Below are positions 7,445 to 15,676 of a stretch of 32,000 nucleotides of DNA, in pieces. A model generated the notes under the pieces. The model was given only the letters and a program-made list of their open reading frames with translations, was not told the origin of the DNA and did not search any database. This stretch comes from Candidatus Saccharimonadota bacterium. Lineage in GTDB: Bacteria > Patescibacteriota > Patescibacteriia > 2-12-FULL-60-25. Within the stretch, counting starts at the first letter, position 1. Each line of letters opens with the position of its first letter. The translations under genes were made by a program, and so were the position numbers. The stretch is taken from NCBI GenBank assembly GCA_023898425.1, contig CP060222.1, forward strand, positions 390,001-422,000. The letters run 5' to 3'.

Positions 7445-7467
7445 AACCCTCTCAAAATGAGAGGGTT
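7445..7467. terminator. Hairpin terminator shared by convergent B2 and xth
   Basis: AACCCTCTC-aaaat-GAGAGGGTT (9-bp stem). A T-tract follows only in the minus-strand sense (TTTTA). The xth stop codon (7452-7454) lies inside the hairpin. Confidence 0.55.
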
Positions 7468-8225
7468 AATCCAACTGGGCAATGATCTGAGCCTTCTTTT
7501 TCTGGATTTGTCCAGGCTTTTTTTACGTTTTTTTCTAGCTCATTTGAAACAAAGAAGTAATCGATTCTCCAGCCTACATTTCTTGCTCTGGCACCACTTT
7601 TCATATCCCACCAGGTATAGTGCCCACCTTCTTTTTCAAAGAGTCGAAAGGTATCGATATAGCCAGTTTCAACAAGCTTATCAACCCATTCACGTTCGAT
7701 GGGCATAAAGCCACTGACTTTGGCATTTTCTTTTGGTCTCGCAAGGTCAATTTCTGTATGTGCCGTATTTACATCCCCACAAACAACAATGGGTTTTATT
7801 TGACGGTACCCTTCGATGAGCTTAAGAAAACGTCGGTAAAATTCTAATTTAAATGCTAATCGTTCTTCGCCAGAACCACCGTTTGGAAAATACACGTTAA
7901 ATAAAAAGAACTTTTCAAATTCAAGCAGAACGATTCTTCCTTCGCCGTCCAAAAAGGGATCGCCAAACGTGGTGATAGCAAGGATAGGTGAGAGACGAGT
8001 ATAAATTGCAGTTCCGCTATAGCCTTTACGAATAGCCGAGCTCCAATACGACTCATAGCCCTCAGGATGAACGAGTTCAGGTGAAAGCTGGCCAACATGC
8101 GCTTTTGTCTCTTGCAAGCACACAATGTCATAGTCTGAGGTATGAAACCACTCAAGAAAACCTTTTTTCTCTGCAGCACGAATGCCATTAACGTTCCATG
8201 AGACAATTGAAAGGGTTTTCGACAT
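7452..8225 (-). CDS. xth: Exodeoxyribonuclease III (AP endonuclease, EEP superfamily)
   Basis: 257 aa. SWNVNGIRA...CLQETK...GYSGTAIY...FNVYFPNG...VCGDVNTAHTEIDL...RIDYFFVS...GSDHCPV. These are the canonical Xth motifs. Confidence 0.95.
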   Translation of the reverse strand: MSKTLSIVSWNVNGIRAAEKKGFLEWFHTSDYDIVCLQETKAHVGQLSPELVHPEGYESYWSSAIRKGYSGTAIYTRLSPILAITTFGDPFLDGEGRIVLLEFEKFFLFNVYFPNGGSGEERLAFKLEFYRRFLKLIEGYRQIKPIVVCGDVNTAHTEIDLARPKENAKVSGFMPIEREWVDKLVETGYIDTFRLFEKEGGHYTWWDMKSGARARNVGWRIDYFFVSNELEKNVKKAWTNPEKEGSDHCPVGLTLSF

Positions 8226-8233
8226 AGATCTTG

Positions 8234-8262
8234 ATTATGTTATCACAGTAAAAAATGAGCAA
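8234..8262 (-). promoter_or_regulatory. xth promoter TTGCTC-17-CATAAT, ATG 8 nt downstream (leaderless-type)
   Basis: On the minus strand the -35 is the complement of 8257-8262 and the -10 is the complement of 8234-8239. The spacer is exactly 17 nt. No SD is possible in the 8 nt before the ATG at 8225. Confidence 0.6.
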
Positions 8263-8271
8263 GGGCTCTAG

Positions 8272-8300
8272 TTGCACGTTCTATTTCTGTTCGATAGAAT
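8272..8300 (+). promoter_or_regulatory. rarA promoter TTGCAC-17-TAGAAT, ATG 6 nt downstream (leaderless-type)
   Basis: TTGCAC at 8272-8277, a 17-nt spacer, TAGAAT at 8295-8300 and the ATG at 8307. Confidence 0.6.
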
Positions 8301-8306
8301 TTGGCC

Positions 8307-9557
8307 ATGACAGATCTATTTGATTTAGCTGCGTCTCAACGAGATCAAAGCTGGCGACCGCTTGCAGAAAGAATGCGTCCAAAAACATTTGATGATTTTG
8401 TTGGACAAAAGAAATTAGTCGGAAAAACGGCCTCATTACGTCGAATGATCGAGGCGGATGATTTAGCGTCAATGATTTTTTGGGGTCCACCAGGTACAGG
8501 CAAAACATCGCTTGCACGCTTGATTGCTACCATTACTGCATCAAAATTTGTTGAAATCTCGGCGGTATTATCTGGAGTGCCTGAAATACGCGAAGTATTA
8601 AAAACAGCAGAGAGTGATCTTAAATGGCATACGGTTCGCACAATCTTGTTTATAGATGAGATTCATCGCTTAAATAAATCCCAACAAGATGCTTTGCTGC
8701 CTGCCGTTGAACGTGGGTTGATCGTTCTGATAGGCGCCACCACAGAAAATCCAAGTTTTGAAGTAAATCGCGCATTATTATCACGCTCAAAAGTATTTGT
8801 TTTTGAACGTGTAGAAGCGGAAGAGCTTGAAGTAGTGCTTGTTCACGCTGTAGAAATTGAAAAAGCATCTCGAAAGATTGGTATTACGGTTGATGATGGA
8901 TTATTGCATCGCGTAGCTCAAATGGCTGACGGCGATGTTCGTCAAGCGCTTACGGTACTTGAAATGCTCATTAAGTCTGCTGCAGCGACACCTAAGGGTG
9001 ATAAACATCTTTCCGTGGCAGAATTAGAAGACTTATTGCAAAAGGGTTTTCTTGCCTATGATAAAAATGGCGAAGAGTATTACAACTTAATTTCTGCACT
9101 TCATAAGTCATTACGAGGTAATGATGCGGACGCTGGTGTCTATTGGTTAGCGCGAATGCTCGAAGCAGGTGCAGATCCTCTTTATATTGCAAGACGGCTC
9201 GTTCGTTTTGCTTCTGAAGACGTAGGTCTAGCGGATTCACAGGCACTTATTCTTGCTGTTGCCGCTTATCAATCGTGTCATTTTATTGGGATGCCAGAAT
9301 GTGCGGTAAATTTGTCGCATCTTGTTGGTTATCTCGCCAAAGCACCAAAATCTATTGATGCGTACCGTGCATACAATAATGCCGCCAAAGAAGTGAGAGA
9401 AAATCCAAATGACGGTGTTCCATTCGCTATCCGTAATGCCCCAACATCTCTCATGAAAGATCTCGGATATGGAAAGGGTTATATTTATACGCCCGATAAT
9501 CCACAAGCGAAACAGGATTTTTTACCAGACAGAATCAAGACAAAAAGATTCTGGTAA
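8307..9557 (+). CDS. rarA: Replication-associated recombination protein A (AAA+ ATPase RarA/MgsA)
   Basis: [11 protein letters not shown]...[13 protein letters not shown] (Walker A)...LFIDEIHR (Walker B)...[11 protein letters not shown]...[28 protein letters not shown]...GYGKGYIY. I prefer the ATG at 8307 to the track's TTG at 8301 because of the promoter geometry. Confidence 0.93.
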   Translation: MTDLFDLAASQRDQSWRPLAERMRPKTFDDFVGQKKLVGKTASLRRMIEADDLASMIFWGPPGTGKTSLARLIATITASKFVEISAVLSGVPEIREVLKTAESDLKWHTVRTILFIDEIHRLNKSQQDALLPAVERGLIVLIGATTENPSFEVNRALLSRSKVFVFERVEAEELEVVLVHAVEIEKASRKIGITVDDGLLHRVAQMADGDVRQALTVLEMLIKSAAATPKGDKHLSVAELEDLLQKGFLAYDKNGEEYYNLISALHKSLRGNDADAGVYWLARMLEAGADPLYIARRLVRFASEDVGLADSQALILAVAAYQSCHFIGMPECAVNLSHLVGYLAKAPKSIDAYRAYNNAAKEVRENPNDGVPFAIRNAPTSLMKDLGYGKGYIYTPDNPQAKQDFLPDRIKTKRFW

Positions 9558-9559
9558 TG

Positions 9560-9568
9560 TGATATACT
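9560..9568 (+). promoter_or_regulatory. Extended -10 (TGaTATACT) 7 nt upstream of the PBP ATG
   Basis: TG at 9560-9561, TATACT at 9563-9568 and the ATG at 9576. There is no SD. The element sits just after the rarA stop (9555-9557). Confidence 0.45.
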
Positions 9569-9575
9569 CTTGGTA

Positions 9576-11450
9576 ATGCGCAGTACTCGGGCCTCTTATC
9601 AGATAACGTCAAAAAAAGCCTCTCAAGAACCAAGTTTTGAAGGCCGTCTTTTGCTTGTTACGGTTCTTTTTAGTCTTTTAGCCGTTATTATCCTTGGTCG
9701 TTTATTCCAACTGCAAGTCGTAGAAGGTAAGACCTATAAAATCCTTGCTTCAGATCAGCATGAGGTGCAGGCACAGCTTGTCCCACGTCGTGGAACGCTC
9801 TATGTACAAGATCGTTTTGACCAAACATTACATCCCGTCGCGAAAGATCGTGATGCATGGCAGGTTTTCATGTTAAAGCGAGAAATGAAAGAAGACCAAG
9901 CAACAAGCTCGGCCGTAGCACTTGGTCCTGTCTTAGATATTCCGCCTGAAGAATTATTAGCAAAGTTTCTTTCGCCTACAACCACCTATGCAGTTTTAGC
10001 ACGTGAGGTAGACGCGAATAAAAGTGATGAGATAAAGGCGTTAAAAATACCAGGCATCGGTGTGACCAAGGTATTAGCGCGTTTTTATCCAGAGCAAGGT
10101 TTAGGTGGTCAGGTCTTTGGCTTTGTCGGACAAGATGATGCTGGTAAGCGACAAGGTAAATATGGCATTGAAGGTGAAATGGATGCGCAACTCTCTGGTA
10201 CTTACGGATCTCTCTCAATTGAGAAAGATGCGCGTGGTCGTCGTTTGAGTATTGGTACGACAGATTTGTCTTATGCCGTTGATGGTTCTGATATTGTTTT
10301 GACGCTCGATCGAACCATTCAATATGAAGCCTGTCAGCACGCCGCTGATGCCGTCGCACGTTACCAAGCAGATAGCGCAAGTATCACGGTGATGGATCCA
10401 AAGACAGGGGAGATCTGGGCTATGTGTAGCGCCCCTGATTATGATCCAGCAAATTATCGAATGATTGATGATATTGGTGTCTTAAATAATCCAGCGACGT
10501 TTGTGCAATTTGAACCAGGATCTACATTTAAAGCCTTTACACTCGCTGCTGGTATTGATGCAGAAAAGATTAATCCAAATACAACATACGTTGATACCGG
10601 CGAAGAAAAGATTGATGACTTTACCATTCGTAACTCAGATAAATTAGCACATGGCACACAGACCATGTCTCAAGTCTTAGAAGAATCATTAAACACAGGT
10701 ACTATTTTTGTACAGCGCTTATTAGGCAAGGACTTATTCAAGGACTATATGGAAAAGTTTGGCTTTGGCAAAAGAACGGGCATAGAAGTTGCCGCAGAAG
10801 CTTCAGGTGATTTGCGTCCACTTGAGAAGAAGGGTCAGATTTATGCAGCAACCGCCTCTTTTGGACAAGGTATTTCTGTAACGCCAATACAAATGTTGTC
10901 TGCTTTTGGTGCTCTGGCAAATAACGGTCTGTTGATGCAGCCGCATTTAGTAAAAGAGATTATCCATCCTGATGGGACGGTCATTAAAACCCCTATTCAA
11001 GAACTACGACAAGTTATCTCATCTCGTTCTTCTCGTTTAATTGGTGGAATGCTTGTTGGTGTTGTTGAAAAAGGTCATGGTAAGCATGCGGGTGTACCTG
11101 GTTATTATGTTGCTGGTAAAACAGGTACAGCACAGATCCCAGACACAAAGAATGGTGGCTACCTAACAGATGGAACTATCGGTAATTTCGCCGGTTATGC
11201 ACCGGTTGAAAACCCACGCTTTGTTATGTACGTAAAAATCGTTAAGCCTCGTACGGTGCAATATGCCGAATCTTCAGCCGCTCCAGTATTTGGTGAGATG
11301 GCGAGCTTCTTACTCTCTTATTTGCAGGTACCACCAGAACGTCCGTATACAAAGAAACCAGAGCTACCTCCGCTTCCTGTTGTTACATCTACTACAGCTA
11401 CAAAAGAAGCTGATCCTACAGCTTCATCCACAGAAAACGGAACACATTGA
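9576..11450 (+). CDS. ftsI: Class B penicillin-binding protein (FtsI/PBP2-type peptidoglycan D,D-transpeptidase)
   Basis: N-terminal TM segment (LLLVTVLFSLLAVIILGRLF), a PBP dimerisation region, then the transpeptidase motifs GSTFK (SxxK) and GKTGTA (KTG). It sits directly upstream of murF. The Pro/Thr/Ser-rich C-terminal tail is low complexity. The track start is TTG 9570; I prefer ATG 9576. Confidence 0.88.
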   Translation: MRSTRASYQITSKKASQEPSFEGRLLLVTVLFSLLAVIILGRLFQLQVVEGKTYKILASDQHEVQAQLVPRRGTLYVQDRFDQTLHPVAKDRDAWQVFMLKREMKEDQATSSAVALGPVLDIPPEELLAKFLSPTTTYAVLAREVDANKSDEIKALKIPGIGVTKVLARFYPEQGLGGQVFGFVGQDDAGKRQGKYGIEGEMDAQLSGTYGSLSIEKDARGRRLSIGTTDLSYAVDGSDIVLTLDRTIQYEACQHAADAVARYQADSASITVMDPKTGEIWAMCSAPDYDPANYRMIDDIGVLNNPATFVQFEPGSTFKAFTLAAGIDAEKINPNTTYVDTGEEKIDDFTIRNSDKLAHGTQTMSQVLEESLNTGTIFVQRLLGKDLFKDYMEKFGFGKRTGIEVAAEASGDLRPLEKKGQIYAATASFGQGISVTPIQMLSAFGALANNGLLMQPHLVKEIIHPDGTVIKTPIQELRQVISSRSSRLIGGMLVGVVEKGHGKHAGVPGYYVAGKTGTAQIPDTKNGGYLTDGTIGNFAGYAPVENPRFVMYVKIVKPRTVQYAESSAAPVFGEMASFLLSYLQVPPERPYTKKPELPPLPVVTSTTATKEADPTASSTENGTH

Positions 11451-11492
11451 TCTTGCGTACCTAAAACGCGTATGGTCTGATAAGTATCACTT

Positions 11493-12833
11493 ATGCCTAC
11501 ATACATTGAATCTTTTCTCGCTTCAGGTGCTGCAGCAGCGAAAAAAGCAAAGCCTACCATCATAGGTATTACTGGTTCTGTAGGCAAAACAACAACGCGA
11601 CAAATGGTTGTAGCGGCAATGTATGACCCGGAGCATAAACAACGCGTTCTATCATCACAAAAAAACTTTAATAATGAACTCGGTTTACCGCTCACGATTT
11701 TTGGCGAATCAAACTATCCTGGAAAGAATGTTTTTTCTTGGATACGCATAGTATCGAAAGCTTTTTTTGCTAAGCTTGGTGTCTGGAAATTGCCTGCGGA
11801 TATTTTTGTTTTAGAAATGGGCGCTGATAAACCGGGTGACTTAGCTTTTTTAACGCAGATCGCTCCTCCGGATATTTCTATCGTAACAGGGGTTTCGCCT
11901 ATCGATAGCAGCTTAGCGCCTGTGCATGTTGAGTTTTACCCATCCGCAGATGCCGTTGCAGAAGAAAAATCTACATTGGTAAAAAAAGTGCGCTCAAACG
12001 GTACGGTAATACTTAACGCTGATGACAGCCGTGTATTTGCAATGCGCCATCTTACAGACGCGCACGTTCTTGCGTATGGCGAAAATGATGGGGCTGATAT
12101 TCGCCTAATTTCTAAACGTATTCTCACAAGGTCTACTTTGCATGGAAACGAGCCACATGCTTTAGAGGTTGTTATCGAATGCTATCAAAAACCTTTTCGT
12201 TTTGTTATTGAGGGAGTATTTGGAACCTCTATGGCATATGCCCTTTGTGCAGCAGCAGCGACGATTGTGGCATTAGATCTACCAGAAGAACGTTTATCAC
12301 ATCTTGTTGAGCACTTTTCTGCTATGGCAGGCAGAACGCGTATTCTCCCTGGGATTAAATCAACGACGTTATTAGATGATACATACAATGCCGCCCCTTC
12401 ATCGACTATTGCCGCATTGCAGGACTTAGCAAAAATCGAAATAATTGCCGGCCAACGAAAAATTGCTTGTCTTGGTGAAAATCGTGAATTAGGCAATAAA
12501 GCAGAAGAAATGCACTTTCGCATTGGCCAAGAAGCCGCTCGTGCGAACGTTGACGTTTTGGTTGTCTGTGGTATATTCGCGACCGCTATGAAGGATGGTG
12601 CTTTGGCTGGCGGTATGTCAGCGGATCGCATTCATCACATTGAGGACACACCAGAAGCTGGACTCTTTCTTCAAGACCTCATTAAGCCAGGGGATATTAT
12701 CCTCGCAAAAGCTTCTCAAGGTGGTCTTGATACCAAGGGCGTTCGCATGGAACGGGTCATCAAAGAACTCATGGCAGAACCACTTCGTGCAAAAGACCTC
12801 TTGGTTCGCCAAGAAGGTAAGTGGGTTCAATAA
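11493..12833 (+). CDS. murF: UDP-N-acetylmuramoyl-tripeptide--D-alanyl-D-alanine ligase
   Basis: ITGSVGKTTT (P-loop)...QKNFNNELGLPLTIFG (MurF signature)...VLEMGADKPGDLAFL...LNADD...LDDTYNAAPSS. The P-loop is already at about residue 27 (see findings). Confidence 0.88.
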   Translation: MPTYIESFLASGAAAAKKAKPTIIGITGSVGKTTTRQMVVAAMYDPEHKQRVLSSQKNFNNELGLPLTIFGESNYPGKNVFSWIRIVSKAFFAKLGVWKLPADIFVLEMGADKPGDLAFLTQIAPPDISIVTGVSPIDSSLAPVHVEFYPSADAVAEEKSTLVKKVRSNGTVILNADDSRVFAMRHLTDAHVLAYGENDGADIRLISKRILTRSTLHGNEPHALEVVIECYQKPFRFVIEGVFGTSMAYALCAAAATIVALDLPEERLSHLVEHFSAMAGRTRILPGIKSTTLLDDTYNAAPSSTIAALQDLAKIEIIAGQRKIACLGENRELGNKAEEMHFRIGQEAARANVDVLVVCGIFATAMKDGALAGGMSADRIHHIEDTPEAGLFLQDLIKPGDIILAKASQGGLDTKGVRMERVIKELMAEPLRAKDLLVRQEGKWVQ

Positions 12834-12908
12834 GGCTCCATCGTCTATCGGCTAGGACGGCTCCCTCTCACGGAGCAAAGAGGGGTTCGATTCCCCTTGG
12901 AGCTACCA
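12834..12908 (+). tRNA. tRNA-Glu (anticodon CUC), CCA encoded
   Basis: Manual cloverleaf: acceptor GGCTCCA/TGGAGCT, D arm GTCT..GGAC, anticodon stem GCTCC/GGAGC with loop CTCTCAC (anticodon CTC), T arm AGGGG-TTCGATT-CCCCT, then A-CCA. TCGTCTA..GG..AGGAC resembles the E. coli tRNA-Glu D arm. Confidence 0.9.
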
Positions 12909-12910
12909 AC

Positions 12911-12940
12911 AAAAACCACCGCAGAAACGCGGTGGTTTTT
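12911..12940 (+). terminator. Rho-independent terminator after tRNA-Glu
   Basis: aaaaaCCACCGC-agaaac-GCGGTGGttttt. Confidence 0.8.
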
Positions 12941-12980
12941 GTATTGTGCTAATGAGATGATACGGAAAGTAATTTGTATA

Positions 12981-13010
12981 CAAAAACGCTCACGACGGTA
13001 GTCGTGAGCG
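12981..13010 (-). terminator. Rho-independent terminator of the minus-strand YdcF-like gene
   Basis: CGCTCACGAC-ggta-GTCGTGAGCG (12987-13010). In the minus-strand sense it is followed by TTTTTG (complement of 12981-12986). Confidence 0.75.
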
Positions 13011-13026
13011 CAACCCTATTCAGTGA

Positions 13027-13692
13027 CTAGAAGGATTCTAGTAGGGCTTTGAGTTGATCATGACATGCTTGTTTCTTGTCACTAGCAATGCCGAAAAGCT
13101 TTGGGATTAAGCGATAGAAAGGAGGTGATTTGTCATCGCCGCGGTGTGGCGGTTCAAGGATGGCGGTGTCAGCGACGGTCGCTCCTGCGAACGGGACTTC
13201 GGATGTTGCGACGTAGGAGTTTCGCCTCAGTTCGACGTCTTCGACATGGATGTCTAGATCTCGTCTACATCTTGCCCCATGTGACGGATTCGTCACGGTG
13301 ATGACCTTTGTGATAGACCGCCGTTTGTATTCGGCGTAAATACAGCGAAGCTCCTGCGCGGTATTTTGACTTTCAGTGTCAAGAAAGGCTTCTTCCAAAA
13401 GTGGTCTCATTGTGGAGACGCTCAGTCCCTTGAATGACTTTTCAAACATCAATGAGATGAGGTTTTTCAAGGCAAAGTCTCTCGTCCAGATCGCTTCTTT
13501 GACGCCGTTTATTTCGGACGCGCCTGTGCCAAAGGAGAGCATTGAAGCATCTTCTTTGATAGCGATATACAGAGCCATCGGTATCTGCCCCAACCGTCCG
13601 TCGCTCGAAAGCCACATATGTTGATGCCAGTCTACTGCTTGCAAATGCCTGCCATGGCAGTGCACGGCAACCTTTTGTGTCTGTGTGCTCAT
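13027..13692 (-). CDS. YdcF/DUF218-family-like protein
   Basis: 221 aa. AFLDTESQNTAQELRCIYAEYKRRSITKVITVTNPSHGARCRRDL parallels E. coli YdcF (IEDQSTNCGENARF...TAIVVQDPTMQRRT). The upstream SFGTGAS is comparable to ISGGIGHS. An SD-like AAGGA lies 7 nt before the ATG. Confidence 0.5.
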   Translation of the reverse strand: MSTQTQKVAVHCHGRHLQAVDWHQHMWLSSDGRLGQIPMALYIAIKEDASMLSFGTGASEINGVKEAIWTRDFALKNLISLMFEKSFKGLSVSTMRPLLEEAFLDTESQNTAQELRCIYAEYKRRSITKVITVTNPSHGARCRRDLDIHVEDVELRRNSYVATSEVPFAGATVADTAILEPPHRGDDKSPPFYRLIPKLFGIASDKKQACHDQLKALLESF

Positions 13693-13729
13693 TAAGGATT
13701 CCTTTGTTGTGGTAAAAGAACGACAATTG

Positions 13730-13758
13730 CTTATAGTATTCTATTACGGTTTTGTCAA
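13730..13758 (-). promoter_or_regulatory. Promoter TTGACA-17-TATAAG for the YdcF-like gene
   Basis: On the minus strand the -35 is the complement of 13753-13758 (perfect TTGACA) and the -10 is the complement of 13730-13735. The spacer is exactly 17 nt. Confidence 0.65.
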
Positions 13759-13922
13759 TGGATCCGTGTATTACAACTCGATGGCGGTCGTCAGAAGAGC
13801 GCGCTCCCGCACGCTGTTCAGGTGCGCTGATTGTTTTTTATATTGGCAAAATACACCCCATCGTCTAAATTGTTGTTAGTTCTTTTTAGCGTATAGACGC
13901 TACGGAAACTCGGAGGGTCAGC

Positions 13923-14486
13923 ATGGAGCGTGAATCTCAAACAACTCGCAGCGATGAGCAAACAGCTCAGGTGAGAGTAGAATCTGAGATCCCTGCAAAG
14001 CGGATCTCTTCTGAAGAAATAATCGCCCCCAAGAGCGGGCATATGATTACAAGCTTGGTGCGTTATGAGTTGATTTGTATTCAGCTCAAATGCCGTAAGT
14101 CGCCTGAACGCCTTGTTGTCCTTGATACAGATGCTCATGCGAGGGTGCGCCTTGCTTGGGTGTATCCAACAGCGAACTACTCTTCGGGGCAGCTGCACGA
14201 AGTTGTTTTTTCTTTCGAAGGAGAGAGCCTATCTCTCATTCCGAGTTTGTCTGAGTGTTTTAAGCGCGAATATATTCAAAAGAGCGCTGATTTCTCAACA
14301 ATGATGCCAACACGAGTAGTATCTGATCTTGTTGGTCGTATTTCTGACGATGCGATAAATTTAACTGTCGTGCGTCCACCTGATGAGATGCCTCTTGTAA
14401 AAGAGCATTACAATATCTACGGCATTCTTGGTAAGCGAGAAGCTTTGTGGAAGTTGTGGCAGCAAAAAGCTCCACTCGATCGCTAG
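13923..14486 (+). CDS. Hypothetical protein (orphan), polar and probably disordered N-terminus
   Basis: 187 aa. A strong SD, GGAGGG (13912-13917), lies 5 nt before the ATG, and the gene has its own terminator. I do not recognise a family. Confidence 0.6.
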   Translation: MERESQTTRSDEQTAQVRVESEIPAKRISSEEIIAPKSGHMITSLVRYELICIQLKCRKSPERLVVLDTDAHARVRLAWVYPTANYSSGQLHEVVFSFEGESLSLIPSLSECFKREYIQKSADFSTMMPTRVVSDLVGRISDDAINLTVVRPPDEMPLVKEHYNIYGILGKREALWKLWQQKAPLDR

Positions 14487-14514
14487 AACCCTGACCTATG
14501 TCAGGGTTCGTTTT
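14487..14514 (+). terminator. Rho-independent terminator
   Basis: AACCCTGAC-ctat-GTCAGGGTT followed by cgTTTT, starting immediately after the stop at 14484-14486. Confidence 0.8.
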
Positions 14515-14522
14515 ATATTATA

Positions 14523-14551
14523 TTGACAAAATCATATTTTTTTGATATATC
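14523..14551 (+). promoter_or_regulatory. Promoter TTGACA-17-TATATC with extended TG
   Basis: TTGACA at 14523-14528, a 17-nt spacer, and TGaTATATC with the hexamer at 14546-14551. The track's ATG at 14552 would lie upstream of the predicted transcription start site (TSS). Confidence 0.7.
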
Positions 14552-14584
14552 ATGCTCGCTCATCACAAAAACATTGGAGGTGGT

Positions 14585-15100
14585 ATGAGTGGTAAGAAGA
14601 ATGATAAAAAGGCCCCAAAGTTGATCGACCTAGAGTTGATGCAACAGGAGCTGAAGCTCAGAAAGCTACACCCCATTCTCATTGGTCTAGAACTGGCCGA
14701 AGGTACGGAGATGGCATTGTCCATCGTCCCCGGAAAGTCGGGTCACCCTCTCGAGCTCGAGATCAATGGACCCGACCTACAGGTCATCACTTTCGAGTTC
14801 GACGAGTGTATCGATTACTCGATCCTCCCCTCGATTCCTATCGACAGCCGCATCATTCTGGCTGCCGCAAGTGAAGACGTCCCAGGCTACCTCGATCATT
14901 ACGTAGCAAATATCGCTTCAGTGATGGCCGCATGCCTTGGTGAGCTCAAGGTCGAGTTCATCGAGCCAACCAACTCTGATTCGATCAGTGAGGTGGACAT
15001 TGTCCACTTCACTTTCACGATCGGGGAAAAGGAGTTCTTCACCACCGCCACGGTTCATGAGGTCGAGCACCTCATGAACTTCTTGCCCAAAGCTGCCTAG
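14585..15100 (+). CDS. Hypothetical acidic protein (orphan), GC-rich codon usage
   Basis: 171 aa from the ATG at 14585, which is preceded by GGAGGTGG (14576-14583). The protein is rich in E/D/I/L. Third codon positions are rich in G/C (ctc, gag, gac, atc, tcg). I do not recognise a family. Confidence 0.6.
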   Translation: MSGKKNDKKAPKLIDLELMQQELKLRKLHPILIGLELAEGTEMALSIVPGKSGHPLELEINGPDLQVITFEFDECIDYSILPSIPIDSRIILAAASEDVPGYLDHYVANIASVMAACLGELKVEFIEPTNSDSISEVDIVHFTFTIGEKEFFTTATVHEVEHLMNFLPKAA

Positions 15101-15120
15101 CAAAAAACCTTAACTACTTA

Positions 15121-15171
15121 AACGTGTCTGTAATCTAGGTAATTCTACCAAAGGTTATGGACACGTTTTTT
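15121..15171 (+). terminator. Long-hairpin terminator
   Basis: AACGTGTCTGTAA ... TTATGGACACGTT (about 13 bp including two G-U pairs), with an inner GGTA/TACC pairing, followed by TTTTT. Confidence 0.6.
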
Positions 15172-15181
15172 CTTTAGAATA

Positions 15182-15210
15182 TTGACAATTTATATTAAAA
15201 TATGTACTGT
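15182..15210 (+). promoter_or_regulatory. Promoter TTGACA-17-TACTGT
   Basis: TTGACA at 15182-15187, a 17-nt spacer and TACTGT at 15205-15210. The track's TTG 'start' at 15182 is actually the -35 box. Confidence 0.55.
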
Positions 15211-15238
15211 CAACATCGTTTCGCGTTCTTTTACAAGG

Positions 15239-15676
15239 ATGGAAGAGATGTTTTCATCAACAAAGATTGCAAAAGGTTATTCTGCCGAGAGGCTGAATTT
15301 GTCTGGGCTCATGCTTTTTGAAGTAGAGCATCAAGAACGAGTGAAGTCTTTGATTACAAAAATCAAGCCTCGACTTCGTTCTGTTGATCGGCCTTTTTTG
15401 AGAGTAGAAGAGGTCACGGACTGCGTTCGACTCGTAAAGGTCACACAAGGCAAAAGCGTTGATTATGACATCGTTGGCCTCGCTTGCTTCAAAGAAACGA
15501 TTCTTGGTCCCTTAAAAGGGGAGATTCGTTACTATGGATGCTCGGTTATCGATGGTGTCAGTCTCGCTCTTCAAAGAGAGCTCGAGATCTTTACGCTAAA
15601 TAGCTTGAAAGATGAAACACATTACCGTATTATCAATCTGTCACAATTGAACCGGGAGGATTTGCGTGCTTCATAA
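15239..15676 (+). CDS. Hypothetical protein (orphan)
   Basis: MEEMFSSTKIAKGY... An alternative ATG at 15248 is preceded by AAGGA. Its stop overlaps the downstream gene by 11 nt. I do not recognise a family with confidence. Confidence 0.55.
   Translation: MEEMFSSTKIAKGYSAERLNLSGLMLFEVEHQERVKSLITKIKPRLRSVDRPFLRVEEVTDCVRLVKVTQGKSVDYDIVGLACFKETILGPLKGEIRYYGCSVIDGVSLALQRELEIFTLNSLKDETHYRIINLSQLNREDLRAS

Noticed and set aside
12185-12631. Long antisense ORFs inside housekeeping genes (e.g. 12185-12631 in murF, 9976-10380 in ftsI, 7856-8206 in xth, 8345-8641 in rarA, 19897-20301)
   Set aside because: Each is fully nested opposite a gene with strong family motifs and lacks any promoter or SD context. 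These are shadow ORFs.
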